DNA of 64,000 nucleotides from an uncultured bacterium (lineage in GTDB: Bacteria > Acidobacteriota > HRBIN11 > JAKEFK01), in the NCBI GenBank assembly GCA_963777505.1, contig CAVZQN010000004.1, positions 1,836,387-1,900,386 of the forward strand, written 5' to 3'. This document shows positions 9,734-20,237 of the stretch, piece by piece. Position 1 is the stretch's first letter, and each line of letters begins with the position of its first letter. Both the position numbers and the translations under genes were made by a program. The notes beneath the pieces were generated by a model that did not search any database, had not been told where the DNA came from, and saw only the letters and a list, made by a program, of their open reading frames with translations.

Positions 9734-10300
9734 TTATTTGTGAACAAATTGACGGATCTGCTGCCTGAAATCATCTAAATATTTCTTCTGATCAGGCTGA
9801 AGATCGCGAATGTTTGTTTCACGGGGTTCAGATAAATATTTGCCATTCCCATCGGCCTTCCGGATGACTACTTTTTTCCCAGACTGTTCATCCCTGTAAA
9901 TGGAATATTTGCCAAGGTACAAACCTACAGGAAATAGGCTTCCATCATTCCGTTTTTCTAAAAACAAAAGTACTTCCTCGTTACGATAAAAGTCCGCAGC
10001 GCCTGGAATGTGCATTCCTAGCTTTGAACCGAGCCCACCTAAAGTTTTAAGTGTGAGTTCGCGCCCAACATTTTTACCTTTAATAGATTCGCTAATCTGG
10101 AGATGGATGTATGTGTATGGACGTTTATCCTTTGAATCAACTTCATAATGAGCGGAAAGAACTTTTCCAACAACTATAATTTCTGCTTTTTGTGCTAACT
10201 GCTCATCGGTTAATTGGACAACTGTTAATGCATGTAATCCGGGCACAAGAAACATTGCTGTTATGCCCATCAAAATTTTTGCAAATGATTTTCTAACCAT
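9734..10300 (-). CDS. Secreted hypothetical protein resembling the N-terminal prodomain of bacterial matrixins
   Basis: AAGGAGG RBS before ATG 10300; signal peptide; LTDEQLAQKAEIIVVGKV...LGG...IPGAADFYRNEEVLLFL. Confidence 0.65.
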   Translation of the reverse strand: MVRKSFAKILMGITAMFLVPGLHALTVVQLTDEQLAQKAEIIVVGKVLSAHYEVDSKDKRPYTYIHLQISESIKGKNVGRELTLKTLGGLGSKLGMHIPGAADFYRNEEVLLFLEKRNDGSLFPVGLYLGKYSIYRDEQSGKKVVIRKADGNGKYLSEPRETNIRDLQPDQKKYLDDFRQQIRQFVHK

Positions 10301-10460
10301 GCCAAAACCTCCTTCGCAATAGAGGGCTGCTCCCGCCTCCATCGTTGGTCTCAGTAGTATACTCCAAACCGGATTAATTTTGGGCGGGCTCTCTCAATAC
10401 GTTTCAGCACCGACGGAAAATTCTTACTTTCTTTTCTGAATTTTTGTTAAAATACACCGG

Positions 10461-12687
10461 ATGGCAGCTGCGTTACAAAAACCATACTACCCCTGTCGTA
10501 TCTTCTTCATAGTAGCAATTCTTTTTCTTTTTACTTATGGGTGTGCCGGCAGGCAGGGCGGGGGAGGTATACGATCAGGGGGAACGCCTTCCGTACCAAG
10601 TACAAGTGTGCGTCCTCAACCGGGTCTGAAGGCGCCAGTGATCCGCGTTGGGCTTAAAACGGACGCAAAAACGGTTTCGATTACATCGGACAACATTGTT
10701 TACTTTTCTGATGGATCCAGGGAAGGGGGGACTCCATCACGCGTCGTTGTAGGATTAAGTTTTTTATCCAGCATCAATACGAAACATTCAATTCAGGTTG
10801 AATCCTTTTCATCAAGTGATAAGGCGAAATCAGCCATGACTACATTGCGCGGACGTACGCGTCATCCCATTTACATTTTTTTCAATGCCGACCGGAATAT
10901 GCATCAAGTTCGTGTTGGGCCTTTTCAATCTAAAGAACTTGCTCAACAAGCAGTAAATGAAATGAAATCGTTAGGATACTCAGGCGCGTTTTACGTATCC
11001 GAAGAATCAGGGAATGGAAGGCGTCCCGAGCTTGTTCTGAGTGACGATACTGGCAATGCTTTGTTACGAACTCTGAACCCGGTGCGATTGTGGAATGAAT
11101 CACTTGTTCTTGGCGTAGACAATGATCGTTATCGAGGCATCGTTACGGTTTCAGTAAACTCGCTGGGCCGGTTAACTGTAGTCAATCACTTGAACTTTGA
11201 GGATTATTTAAAAGGCGTTGTTCCAAATGAAATTGGCGGAGGAACGGCCGCAACTTTCGAGGCGATTAAAGCGCAAGCTGTTGCTGCAAGAACGTATGCA
11301 TTCAAAAATCTTAAACAATTCGAACAGGACGGCTATGACTTGTGTGCGACTCCAAGATGTCAGGTTTATTCAGCTCTGAACACTGAAAGTGCATCTGCAA
11401 ATAGAGCGATTGAAGAAACGGCAGGCGAAGTTTTAACGTACGGTGGTGAAGCAATTAATGCTTTGTACACATCTACATGCGGCGGCCGAACCGAAAATGC
11501 CGAATTCATGTTTGAAGGTTGGGATTATCCCTACTTAAAAAGCGTTGAGTGTTACCCTGAAGAAAATAATCAAAATCAAAAAGCGGTGGAACTTTCGGGC
11601 ATCAGTGAACCCTGGTGGCTTTCATGGCTCCGAATTAAGTTGAATCAAGAATTTACTGGCCAATGGAACGATCCTGTTCAGCAGTCTGAGATTCAATCCG
11701 CAACATCGGCGCTCTTAAAATATCTTGTCAAACGTCCTTGCTCGCAGAATCAACTCAAGGGAACTCATTGGGTTGCAGTCGGTGAACACCTTGTTGAACA
11801 ACTTTGCTGGCAGACGAAACGGGATTCATTATTGAATGAGAAGGATTACAGATATTTTCTGGAACATCTGAGTTTTTCAATTCAACCCGCTCCTGAAACT
11901 CATTCTTTCCTCTTCTTATTTCATGATCAAATCCTGGTTCCTGCTGAAAAGGATCTCCCACGATTCAATCCATATCAGAGTTTAACGAAATCAGACTTCT
12001 ATCAGGCTTTGTTCAGGGTTTTGGATCATTACCATCAGATCAATACCGAAAAAGGAACCGTCAGAGAAATTACAAAATCAGAAATTCAAATCGTGGATGA
12101 CATTGGAGTGCATCTTCAACCGCTCAACTCGAATTCTGCACTTTATCAAAAAATTGGTACTATCTTTGATACCGACGCAGAAGCTTGTTTGCTCTCCTGG
12201 AGATCAGATTGAGTATGTACTCGATCATGATGTACTCAGGATTGTTGTTTGTGAACTGAACCAGGCTGGGGCTGCAGTGGATCGGAGTTCGAAGTACACG
12301 TTCTGGCGGGAATCTTTTACACCGGACGAATTAGCCGAAAAGGTAAGCAAGTACGCTGATGTCGGAGAAATCATTGATCTTGAACCGATTAGTTATGGCG
12401 TATCGCGCCGGGTCTATGAGTTAAGGATTACAGGAACTAAAGGTGCGGCAGTTATGAGAGGCTTGAAAGTGCGCTGGTCGTTGGGTGTGCGCGACAATCT
12501 CTTTGTGATTGATAAAACGTATGGTGAGGATGGAAAGATCCGCAATTTTATCTTTACAGGCCGCGGATGGGGTCACGGTGTTGGAATGTGTCAGGTCGGT
12601 GCAATTGGATATTCCAAGCGCGGCAAAGATTACCGTGCAATCTTAAAACACTATTACAGCGGTGTTGAGATTGTAAAAAAATATTAG
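10461..12687 (+). CDS. SPOR-domain SpoIID/LytB-family lytic transglycosylase (probable lipoprotein); split by a frameshift near 12.1-12.2 kb
   Basis: Lipobox-like TYGC; SPOR (HQVRVGPF); YLKGVVPNE, KAQAVAART, CQVY; C-terminal GRGWGHGVGMCQ...ILKHYY in the second frame. Confidence 0.85.
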
Positions 12688-12754
12688 AAGTGATGTGTAG
12701 TAAGGCACGCAGCTGAGCGTAGCGAAGCAGTGCCGTCTTCAGAAAAATTCAGTG

Positions 12755-12783
12755 TTGCAATACAATTCACGTAGCAGTACCAT
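12755..12783 (+). promoter_or_regulatory. sigma70-type promoter, probably leaderless
   Basis: TTGCAA-17nt-TACCAT, 8 nt before ATG 12792, with no SD sequence. Confidence 0.5.
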
Positions 12784-12791
12784 CATCTAAC

Positions 12792-13902
12792 ATGATCGGC
12801 AAGCGTTTCAAAGGGGACCTGGCCTCAGTTGGATTGCCGGATGTGCTTGAGTTCCTGCGAGTTACCCGCCGTACCGGCGTTTTGAGTTTCAGAAGAGAAC
12901 GCCTGAAGAAAGCACTTCACATCAAAGATGGGAATGTTGTTTTTGCAACGAGCAATGTTCCGGAAGAGCGCCTTGGTGATTTATTGCTGCAATGGGGACG
13001 CATTTCCAAACATGCTTTTGATCGTTCTGTCTCAATGCTTGGTCCCAAAAAGCGACAGGGTAGAATTCTAGTCGAAATTGGGGCACTCACACCGAAACAG
13101 CTCTGGGAAGGCGTTCAGGATCAGATCCGGCATATCGTCTACAGTATCTTCAATTGGGAAAATGGTAATTTCTATTTTGCGGAAGGGGAACTGCCAAGCA
13201 AAGAAAATATAACGGCAGATGTAAGCATTTCCGAACTGATTGTTCATGGAATTCGCAAAATTCAGGAACCTTCGGTTCTTTACAGTAAATTCCCTTCACG
13301 CGAAGTTATTCTTGCCCGCATGGATTATGGCTTAAAGGAACGCGTGAAGCTTGAACCTTTTGAGCGGCATGTTTTGGAATTAATTGACGGACAAAAAACA
13401 ATTGAAGAAATTTGCCGCGAAAGTGAAATTGGAGACAGTGAAACCTTCAAAGTGATGTACATGCTTTTAAGCATTGGTTACATCAAGGTTAAGGGGAAAA
13501 AATCTGAAGTTGAAGACGATGTCTCTGCAAGCTGGGATATCTCATGATGAAGTTAAAGAGATCATTAATAACTACAACAAGATGTATTCATTTCTTTACC
13601 GGTATATGATGCGAGAAGTAGGGCCAATCGCAGAACATGTACTCAGTAAATATCTCAACGATTTGCGCGAAAACAACTCGGCCGTCTTTAAGAATGTTTC
13701 TTTAAAAAAAGATGGAACTTTGGATGGATCTACAATTTCAGGGAATTTGAACTGGCTTCGCTCTGAAATCAAAAGAGAATCTCTTGTGAATTCGCTCAAT
13801 GAGTTTTTATATTCCGCAATTCTGGCAGTGAAAAGAACGCTTGGGCCTGATCACGAAAGACAGGTTATTGAAACTTTAAAGGACGTAAGGCCGGAAGTAT
13901 GA
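12792..13902 (+). CDS. DUF4388 (PatA-N) domain protein; split by a frameshift near 13.53 kb
   Basis: FKGDLASVGLPDVLEFL...TGVL...GNVVFA...FNWENGNFYF; overlapping ORFs 12792-13547 and 13474-13902. Confidence 0.8.
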
Positions 13903-13982
13903 CGAGCGCTCAAAAACAGCAAATGTGGGGGTTCTTTTTAACAGGTGTCCTTTTGCTTCTCGCGCTCTGGCTCCGTTTTTGA
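13899..13982 (+). CDS. 27-aa single-TM microprotein (MTSAQKQQMWGFFLTGVLLLLALWLRF)
   Basis: ATGA overlap with the upstream stop; clean hydrophobic helix; not in the ORF track. Confidence 0.55.
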   Translation: MTSAQKQQMWGFFLTGVLLLLALWLRF

Positions 13983-14013
13983 TCCATAACGCGGGGGCAA
14001 GGAGAGTTGAAAC

Positions 14014-14343
14014 ATGTTCACAAAAATAATGATCACGCTTGGAATCATGGGAATGGCTGCTGCTTTAGTTTATTTCATGATTGCTGATAAAACTGAGGGC
14101 CAACAAGTACAGGTTGTCGAAAATACAAAATTGTATTTTGTTGTTGCTGCTGCTTTGGTTCCCGCCGGATATATCTTGCGATATGTTGGGAAATTTCTAG
14201 GGCTAGGCACTAGCCGCTGCAGGAAATGCGGAAAGCGAATTGAAAAACAGGAAATGTTCTGTTTCGATCACAGTTTTGAATTAGTTCAAAATGCAAGAGA
14301 GCGAACTCGTCATTTAGACACTCGTCAGAAACCAAGAAGTTAA
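14014..14343 (+). CDS. Small two-TM protein with CxxC...CxxH Zn-finger-like tail
   Basis: AAGGAG RBS; two TM segments; CRKCGKRIEKQEMFCFDH. Confidence 0.65.
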   Translation: MFTKIMITLGIMGMAAALVYFMIADKTEGQQVQVVENTKLYFVVAAALVPAGYILRYVGKFLGLGTSRCRKCGKRIEKQEMFCFDHSFELVQNARERTRHLDTRQKPRS

Positions 14344-14348
14344 CACCA

Positions 14349-15248
14349 TTGAGTTTTCCCGTCATTGTAATTGGCGGTCCTACCGGTAGCGGGAAGAATA
14401 GGGCCGCAATCGAAATTGCAAAAAAATATCCTGTAGAGATCATCAATGCAGATTCACGTCAGATTTATAAAGATCTGATCCTTGGCACAAATCAGCCGGC
14501 ACCTGAAGAAAAGCAATTTGTTCCACATCATTTGTTTGCATTCCTGCCTCCGGAGCAATCTTTCACAGTTGCAGATTACGAACGTCTGGCCTTTCCCTTA
14601 ACAAATGAAATTCAAACTCGCGGAAAGATTCCCATTGTTGTTGGGGGAACTGGTTTTTACATTAAAGCTCTTTTAAGAGGAATCTGGACCGTTCCTGAAA
14701 AAAGTCCTGAGATGCGCAATCGGCTTCGGAGAATTGAAGAGAAACAAGGTAAAGAATATCTTCATCACATCTTAACCCGGGTTGATCCGGAATCGGCGCA
14801 CAAAATTTCTGCGCAGGATTCCTACCGAGTTTCACGCGCTCTCGAAATCTACTTTCAAACGGGCAGCAAAATATCAACTCTGCCTAAGCCCCAACAAAGA
14901 TTTGAAGCTGCAAAGTTATTTCTAGATTTGCCGGCGGCTGAATTACGGGAAAGGATTGAAATCCGAACAAGGATGTTGATTGAAGGTGGTTGGTTTGATG
15001 AAGTGGAGAAGCTACTTAAACAGTATCCCGGTTTTGAAAGCATGCCGGCTGCGGCATCATTGGGTTATATCGAGATTATTCAGTATCTTAGACATCAGTT
15101 GACCCGCGAAGAATGTGAAAAACAAATCCTTCAAAAGACATGGCAATATGCTCGAAGGCAAAGAACGTGGTTTCGGAATCAAGACCAGTTTACGTCGGTG
15201 GCCTCATCTTCAGAGTTGCAAAAAATCGTCGATTCTGTATTACAATGA
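14349..15248 (+). CDS. miaA: tRNA dimethylallyltransferase
   Basis: GPTGSGK, NADSRQIY, VGGTGFY, YARRQRTWF motifs. Confidence 0.95.
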   Translation: MSFPVIVIGGPTGSGKNRAAIEIAKKYPVEIINADSRQIYKDLILGTNQPAPEEKQFVPHHLFAFLPPEQSFTVADYERLAFPLTNEIQTRGKIPIVVGGTGFYIKALLRGIWTVPEKSPEMRNRLRRIEEKQGKEYLHHILTRVDPESAHKISAQDSYRVSRALEIYFQTGSKISTLPKPQQRFEAAKLFLDLPAAELRERIEIRTRMLIEGGWFDEVEKLLKQYPGFESMPAAASLGYIEIIQYLRHQLTREECEKQILQKTWQYARRQRTWFRNQDQFTSVASSSELQKIVDSVLQ

Positions 15249-15323
15249 TACGGGTCCATTTTTTACGAGGCCCATAACTATAACTAAAGACTAAATATAG
15301 GGGTCTCCCTGGAGGCGGTTCAC

Positions 15324-15578
15324 ATGGAAAAGGCATCTAACGGTGCACAAAATATACAAGATGAATTTCTGCACACGCTGAAGAAGGAACGTCAAATTAC
15401 GACGATTTATTTGATGAATGGCTATAAGCTGTCAGGAAAGATTAAAGGGTTCGATAAATTTACAGTAGTTTTAGATAGTAATGGCCAGGAAATCATGGTC
15501 TTCAAGCATGCCATTTCCACAATCGGTATCGGCATCTCATCGGCGCGAAAAGATCCCAGGGAAGGCCCAAGAGAATAG
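15324..15578 (+). CDS. hfq: RNA chaperone Hfq
   Basis: NIQDEFL...IYLMNG...FDKFTV...FKHAIST; follows miaA; GGAGG RBS. Confidence 0.95.
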   Translation: MEKASNGAQNIQDEFLHTLKKERQITTIYLMNGYKLSGKIKGFDKFTVVLDSNGQEIMVFKHAISTIGIGISSARKDPREGPRE

Positions 15579-15593
15579 TGAGACTCAAAGTTT

Positions 15594-16490
15594 TTATAGC
15601 TTAAGAGTCTTGAGCTGATCTAACAGAATTTCAGTAGTTGAAGGTCCTTTCAGAATTGAAGAGGCTTTCGCAATTTGAGTAACGGCTTCCTGAATCGCAC
15701 CCATCCCGCCGCCTCGTTCAATATCGGCTTTTGCCTTTTGATATTGTTTATCAACTACAGCTTCCCCCTGTTTTCCTAAAGTCGAATTACAAATCGATCT
15801 AATTTTCTCAAGCAGCATCAACAAATTCTCTTTGTTCGGACCTGGCTCTGTGGTTGGAGGACTACCGGATGCAGCAGCAGAATTAGCTGCTGCTCGAAGT
15901 GCTGCAGATTGTGCCGGAGAGGGCAGCGGTGTTGGGTCAGGCGTTGTCATCGGCATTTTTAATGCAACCAGGCCGTGAGTCACAAGACCATACAAAACTT
16001 TACTGACATCAAATACTGGCAAATTACAGTTCTTTGAAATTGTGCGAATGTCTTGCTTCCCATTTATTTTTGAAAGGATCAGCCATTCACTTGTTGTCAA
16101 TTGAATCTGACCGCGGTCCTGGTTTTGATCAACAACAAATTCAGGAATTAAATCCAGTGATGGAATTTTCTTGGAAAGCACACGCCATTCATCGAGGCGC
16201 CTTGCTGCCTCCATCAGTAAGTTTGTGTTGCTCTTACTGATTGTTCGTACGCTTGGTTCGACGTCAGGCTCAAAATTGAACTCACCTTCACTCCAGATAG
16301 CGAGTTCATAGACGGCCTCTTCTCCTTTAATTTCATCGACTTCGGCATGAACGATGTTTCCATCTTTCAAGTAAATTTGACCCACATGGTCGTCTTTCTT
16401 TAAGTGGAACATCCCCGTTTTGCCGGAGACGCTAATTAATTGGATTACGTCGGCTAGATGAAGGTGTTTTAGCGATCCCTGCAGAGACAT
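15594..16490 (-). CDS. DUF4388 domain protein
   Basis: LQGSLKHLHLADVIQL...IWSEGEFNF...LLMEAARRLDEW. Confidence 0.85.
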   Translation of the reverse strand: MSLQGSLKHLHLADVIQLISVSGKTGMFHLKKDDHVGQIYLKDGNIVHAEVDEIKGEEAVYELAIWSEGEFNFEPDVEPSVRTISKSNTNLLMEAARRLDEWRVLSKKIPSLDLIPEFVVDQNQDRGQIQLTTSEWLILSKINGKQDIRTISKNCNLPVFDVSKVLYGLVTHGLVALKMPMTTPDPTPLPSPAQSAALRAAANSAAASGSPPTTEPGPNKENLLMLLEKIRSICNSTLGKQGEAVVDKQYQKAKADIERGGGMGAIQEAVTQIAKASSILKGPSTTEILLDQLKTLKL

Positions 16491-16545
16491 GTATGTTTAA
16501 GAACGAAGAGACCCCTTCTCAATTGCAGTTCCGAAATCAAAGGCG

Positions 16546-16575
16546 AGTCTAACATACTGAGAAAATCATTGTCAA
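16546..16575 (-). promoter_or_regulatory. sigma70-type promoter
   Basis: Minus strand TTGACA-18nt-TAGACT with TG extension. Confidence 0.45.
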
Positions 16576-16762
16576 GAATAACTTAGAAGCAATCAGGGGT
16601 GTCGAAATTGTGTCTGTTTGAGTAACGAAAAAAGTTATAATATCGGATTAAAACTAGCTAGGTTTGTCGAATCCATTATTCCATCAATCCATTAATCCGT
16701 TTTAGAAGCATGATAATTGGTTGGCGAATTATTGGATAGTTCGACACGGAAAAGGGTGTTTC

Positions 16763-17908
16763 ATGATAAAAAAACGACTTTTTACTCCGGGACCGGTAAG
16801 CGCATATCCGCCCGCGCTTCAAGCGGCTTTAGATGCAAATATCCATCACAGAACTCCTGAGTTTAAAGAAATTCTCACATCGGTCATGGAGAGTTTGCGG
16901 CGCATTTTTGGAGAGCCTTCAGAAGTTTTCATTTTTCCTTCGTCTGGATCAGGAGCAATGGAGGCGGCAGTTACAAATTTCTTTTCACCTGGTGATGAGG
17001 TCTTAATCGCTACTTGCGGTAAGTTTGGTGAACGCTGGGTTGAGTTGGCCAGTCGTTTTTCGCTTAAAGCAACAATTCTAAAGTATCCGTATGGTGAAGC
17101 AGTTCAGCCTGAAGAAGTTCGATCGGCGTTACAAAAAAATTCAAATATTCGTGGAGTTTTTGTACAAGCATGTGAGAGTTCAACCGCCGTGCAGAATGAC
17201 ATGTCCGAGCTTGCTCGAATTGTGCGAGAAACTGACAGCATTTTAGTCGCTGATGCTGTAACAGGTATTGGAACGATGCCGATCACCGTACAAGAAGGCA
17301 TTGACGTTATGGTGACCGGTTCGCAGAAGGCACTGATGATTCCGCCAGGTTTGGCAATTATAGGTGTGAGTGATAAAGCATGGAAGCGCGTAGAAAGTGC
17401 ATCGATACCAAGATTTTATTTCGATTTGCGAGCTGCAAAAAAAGCGTGGGATCAAAATGCGCAGACCGCTTTTACGCCTGCGACATCTTTGATCATTTCA
17501 TTGCGTGAGTCTCTGAAAGTAATTGAACAATGGGGACTGGAAAATTTAGTCCGTACCACTGAAAATCGTGCTCGCGCCACACGTGCCGGCCTTTCTGCAA
17601 TGGGGCTGTCAGTGTTTGCAAAGCGTCCAGCAAATGCAATGACTGGTGTTGTTGCGCCCGATGGTAATGCCGAAAAAATCACCTCACTTATGAAACAAAA
17701 ATTCGGCCTGCAATTAGCAGGCGGCCAGGGAGATCTGAAAGGCAAAATTTTTCGGATCAGCCATATGGGTTATATCGATCATTTCGATACGATGGGTGTG
17801 TTGAGCGCTTTGGAATTCACATTGATGGAACTCGGCCACTCTATCGATCTCGGAAGGTCTTTGGTTGAATTTCAAAAGATTTATGCGGAGTTGAATACAC
17901 CAAAATGA
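16763..17908 (+). CDS. Class V PLP aminotransferase (serine-glyoxylate/phosphoserine aminotransferase-like)
   Basis: LFTPGP, SGSGAMEAA, GSQKALMIPPG, FRISHMG; directly upstream of serA. Confidence 0.9.
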   Translation: MIKKRLFTPGPVSAYPPALQAALDANIHHRTPEFKEILTSVMESLRRIFGEPSEVFIFPSSGSGAMEAAVTNFFSPGDEVLIATCGKFGERWVELASRFSLKATILKYPYGEAVQPEEVRSALQKNSNIRGVFVQACESSTAVQNDMSELARIVRETDSILVADAVTGIGTMPITVQEGIDVMVTGSQKALMIPPGLAIIGVSDKAWKRVESASIPRFYFDLRAAKKAWDQNAQTAFTPATSLIISLRESLKVIEQWGLENLVRTTENRARATRAGLSAMGLSVFAKRPANAMTGVVAPDGNAEKITSLMKQKFGLQLAGGQGDLKGKIFRISHMGYIDHFDTMGVLSALEFTLMELGHSIDLGRSLVEFQKIYAELNTPK

Positions 17909-19497
17909 AAAAGATTCTTGTGGCCGATGGACTCTCTGTTGCAGGCCTCGAAGTACTGCAATCCGAACCCTGGACTGTTGATGTTCATTCCAAAATGACT
18001 CCCGATGAACTCAAGGCTGCGATCGAATTCGCTGACGCACTCATTGTGCGGAGTGCGAGCAAAGTAACTGCTGATGTCTTACAAAATGCTGTCAACTTAA
18101 AAATCATCGGAAGAGCCGGTACCGGTGTTGACAATATTGACCTTACAGAAGCAACCAGACGCGGAGTTCTTGTTACGAATGCGCCGGAAGCAAACACAAT
18201 TTCTGTTGCAGATCACACAATCGCGATGCTTCTCGCTCTTTGCCGTCATCTTCCCTTTGCACATAACGATTTAAAACAGGGCAAATGGGAAAAGAAAAAG
18301 TATGAAGGAATTGAACTTGAAGATAAGATCGTCGGAATTTTAGGGTTAGGACGCATCGGAAAGGCTGTAGTGAAGCGATTACACGCATTTGATACTCGCA
18401 TCCTTGTTTATGATCCGTATGTTTCCGAAAAAATGGCAAAGGAGCTGGATGTTGAACTTTTGCCGCTTGAGGATGTACTTGCAACAGCAGATTTTGTGAG
18501 TCTTCATATGCCACTGTTGCCTGAAACTCATGGTTTTTTAAATCAGGAACGATTTTCAAAAATGAAGCCGGGAATTCAGATTATCAATTGCGCAAGAGGT
18601 GAATTGATTGATGAACCATCCCTTTATCAAGCGCTTGAAAAGGGAATTGTTGCAGGAGCAGCACTTGATGTTTTTAGTGAAGAACCTCCGCGCAGTGAAG
18701 TGTTGCAAAAGATCATTCAACATCCGCGCGTTATTCTGACTCCTCATCTTGCGGCTTCTACTCTGGAAGCCCAGGAAAAAGTTGGATATCAAATGGCTGT
18801 ACAAATCCGCGATTACTTAAAGGAAGGCACTGTACGGAATCCTGTAAATTTTTACAGCATGACACGTGATGAGTTTGCCAGAAACGAACCTTATTTAAAT
18901 CTCGCGGAAAAATTAGGATCCTTTGTTGCCCAAATTGCAGGCGGTGGATATGAGCGGATCAGAATAGAATTCCGTGGCTCTGTTGCGCACTTATCAAAGG
19001 AAGCCATCATTCATTCGGTTCTAAAGGGGATCCTTCAGCATATTTCGGAAAAGGTGAACATTGTGAATTCACAAAGTCTGGCGCGCGAACGCGGAATTCA
19101 AGTCATATCAACTGTCAGCGAACAAGATCCGACATTTTCAAGTTTGCTCGCAGTCTCATTGGAGACCGGTCGTTCACACCATCAAGTTAGCGGGACCGTA
19201 TTTGAAAAGAATCTGATCCGTTTGCTGGCAGTTGATGATGTCTATCTTGATTTTCGGCCGCAAGGGAATCTTTTGTTTTTCAAAAACCAGGATACTCCCG
19301 GAGTTGTTGGCAAAATTGGAACACTTTTAGGATCCAGTGGAATCAACATTGCTTCGATGAAACTTGGGCGAATTCAAGAAACTCCTTTTGCGTATGGCAT
19401 CGTGAGTGTAGATGGCGATTTCCCCGAAAGCGTGTTGAAATCGCTCAAAAGCATTCCAGAAATTGTCGATGCCCACGCTCTGCGTCTCGGCGGTTAA
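17905..19497 (+). CDS. serA: D-3-phosphoglycerate dehydrogenase
   Basis: RAGTGVDNID, GLGRIG, INCARG, TPHLAAST, and a C-terminal ACT domain (DTPGVVGKIG). Confidence 0.95.
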   Translation: MKKILVADGLSVAGLEVLQSEPWTVDVHSKMTPDELKAAIEFADALIVRSASKVTADVLQNAVNLKIIGRAGTGVDNIDLTEATRRGVLVTNAPEANTISVADHTIAMLLALCRHLPFAHNDLKQGKWEKKKYEGIELEDKIVGILGLGRIGKAVVKRLHAFDTRILVYDPYVSEKMAKELDVELLPLEDVLATADFVSLHMPLLPETHGFLNQERFSKMKPGIQIINCARGELIDEPSLYQALEKGIVAGAALDVFSEEPPRSEVLQKIIQHPRVILTPHLAASTLEAQEKVGYQMAVQIRDYLKEGTVRNPVNFYSMTRDEFARNEPYLNLAEKLGSFVAQIAGGGYERIRIEFRGSVAHLSKEAIIHSVLKGILQHISEKVNIVNSQSLARERGIQVISTVSEQDPTFSSLLAVSLETGRSHHQVSGTVFEKNLIRLLAVDDVYLDFRPQGNLLFFKNQDTPGVVGKIGTLLGSSGINIASMKLGRIQETPFAYGIVSVDGDFPESVLKSLKSIPEIVDAHALRLGG

Positions 19498-19498
19498 C

Positions 19499-19595
19499 GA
19501 ATTAATTAGAGGCCCGGCCCCGCGGGGAGCGCAGACGTCCCGAATTAATTAGAGGCCCGGCCCCGCGGAAGCGGGAAGCGGGGGCCGGGCCTCTA
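19499..19595. repeat. RAYT-associated REP: partial copy (19499-19525) plus full 42-bp palindrome (19552-19593)
   Basis: GAGGCCCGGCCCCGCGGAAGCGGGAAGCGGGGGCCGGGCCTC, preceded by a duplicated GAATTAATTA. Confidence 0.85.
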
Positions 19596-19607
19596 AAAAT
19601 GCTAAGT

Positions 19608-20165
19608 TCAATCAAGAAAATACCCTGATATATACTTTTCCTTTTCCTGCCGTCTGGTTAAATACTCTTCCAGCATGTCTGCATAAGGTATGTCGATCAA
19701 CTTGCGCTGAATTAAGGGATTTGTTTCTTTTTGGAAATCTATGTGGCTTGAATGTTCCCATTGCCCTGTTTCACTCACCAATCGTGCATCCACCGGATTA
19801 AGGTGAATGTAGCAAACTAGCCAAGCTAAATAAACTGTTGATCGAATTTCTTTCGCATTGTATCTGCCTTGAAAAACGTAACCGCTATGGTTGTAACGCT
19901 TATTGAAATATCCTGCATATGAAGTCTGCAACCTATGAATCATCTTCGATAAAGCATTTTCCTCTGTAGTATGAACCAGCAAGTGATAGTGATTAGGCAT
20001 AATGCAATATGCGAGGATGTCGGTTTTATTTTCCATTGCGTATTTGAAAAGCCTTGATTTAAAAAAACCGTAATCCTGACGATCAAGGAAAAGGGTTCTA
20101 CGTTCAACTCCACGGTTGTATGCGTGATAGTAGTGATCTGCTTGTGGCGTAATCCCATTAGGCAT
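19608..20165 (-). mobile_element. REP-associated tyrosine transposase (RAYT, IS200/Y1 HUH family)
   Basis: YHAYNRG, YCIMPNHYHLLV (HUH), FQGRY, YIHLNPV; flanked by inverted REP palindromes. Confidence 0.9.
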
Positions 20166-20195
20166 ATTGAAATAGTAGTATAAGAAATATGAATT

Positions 20196-20237
20196 GAGGC
20201 CCGGCCCCCGCTTCCCGCTTCCGCGGGGCCGGGCCTC
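20196..20237. repeat. RAYT-associated REP, exact reverse complement of 19552-19593
   Basis: GAGGCCCGGCCCCCGCTTCCCGCTTCCGCGGGGCCGGGCCTC. Confidence 0.9.

Noticed and set aside
19499-19595. Tandem 27-bp repeat as a mini-CRISPR array
   Set aside because: Only two copies with a 16-nt gap, no cas genes, and it is explained as RAYT-flanking REP sequence.
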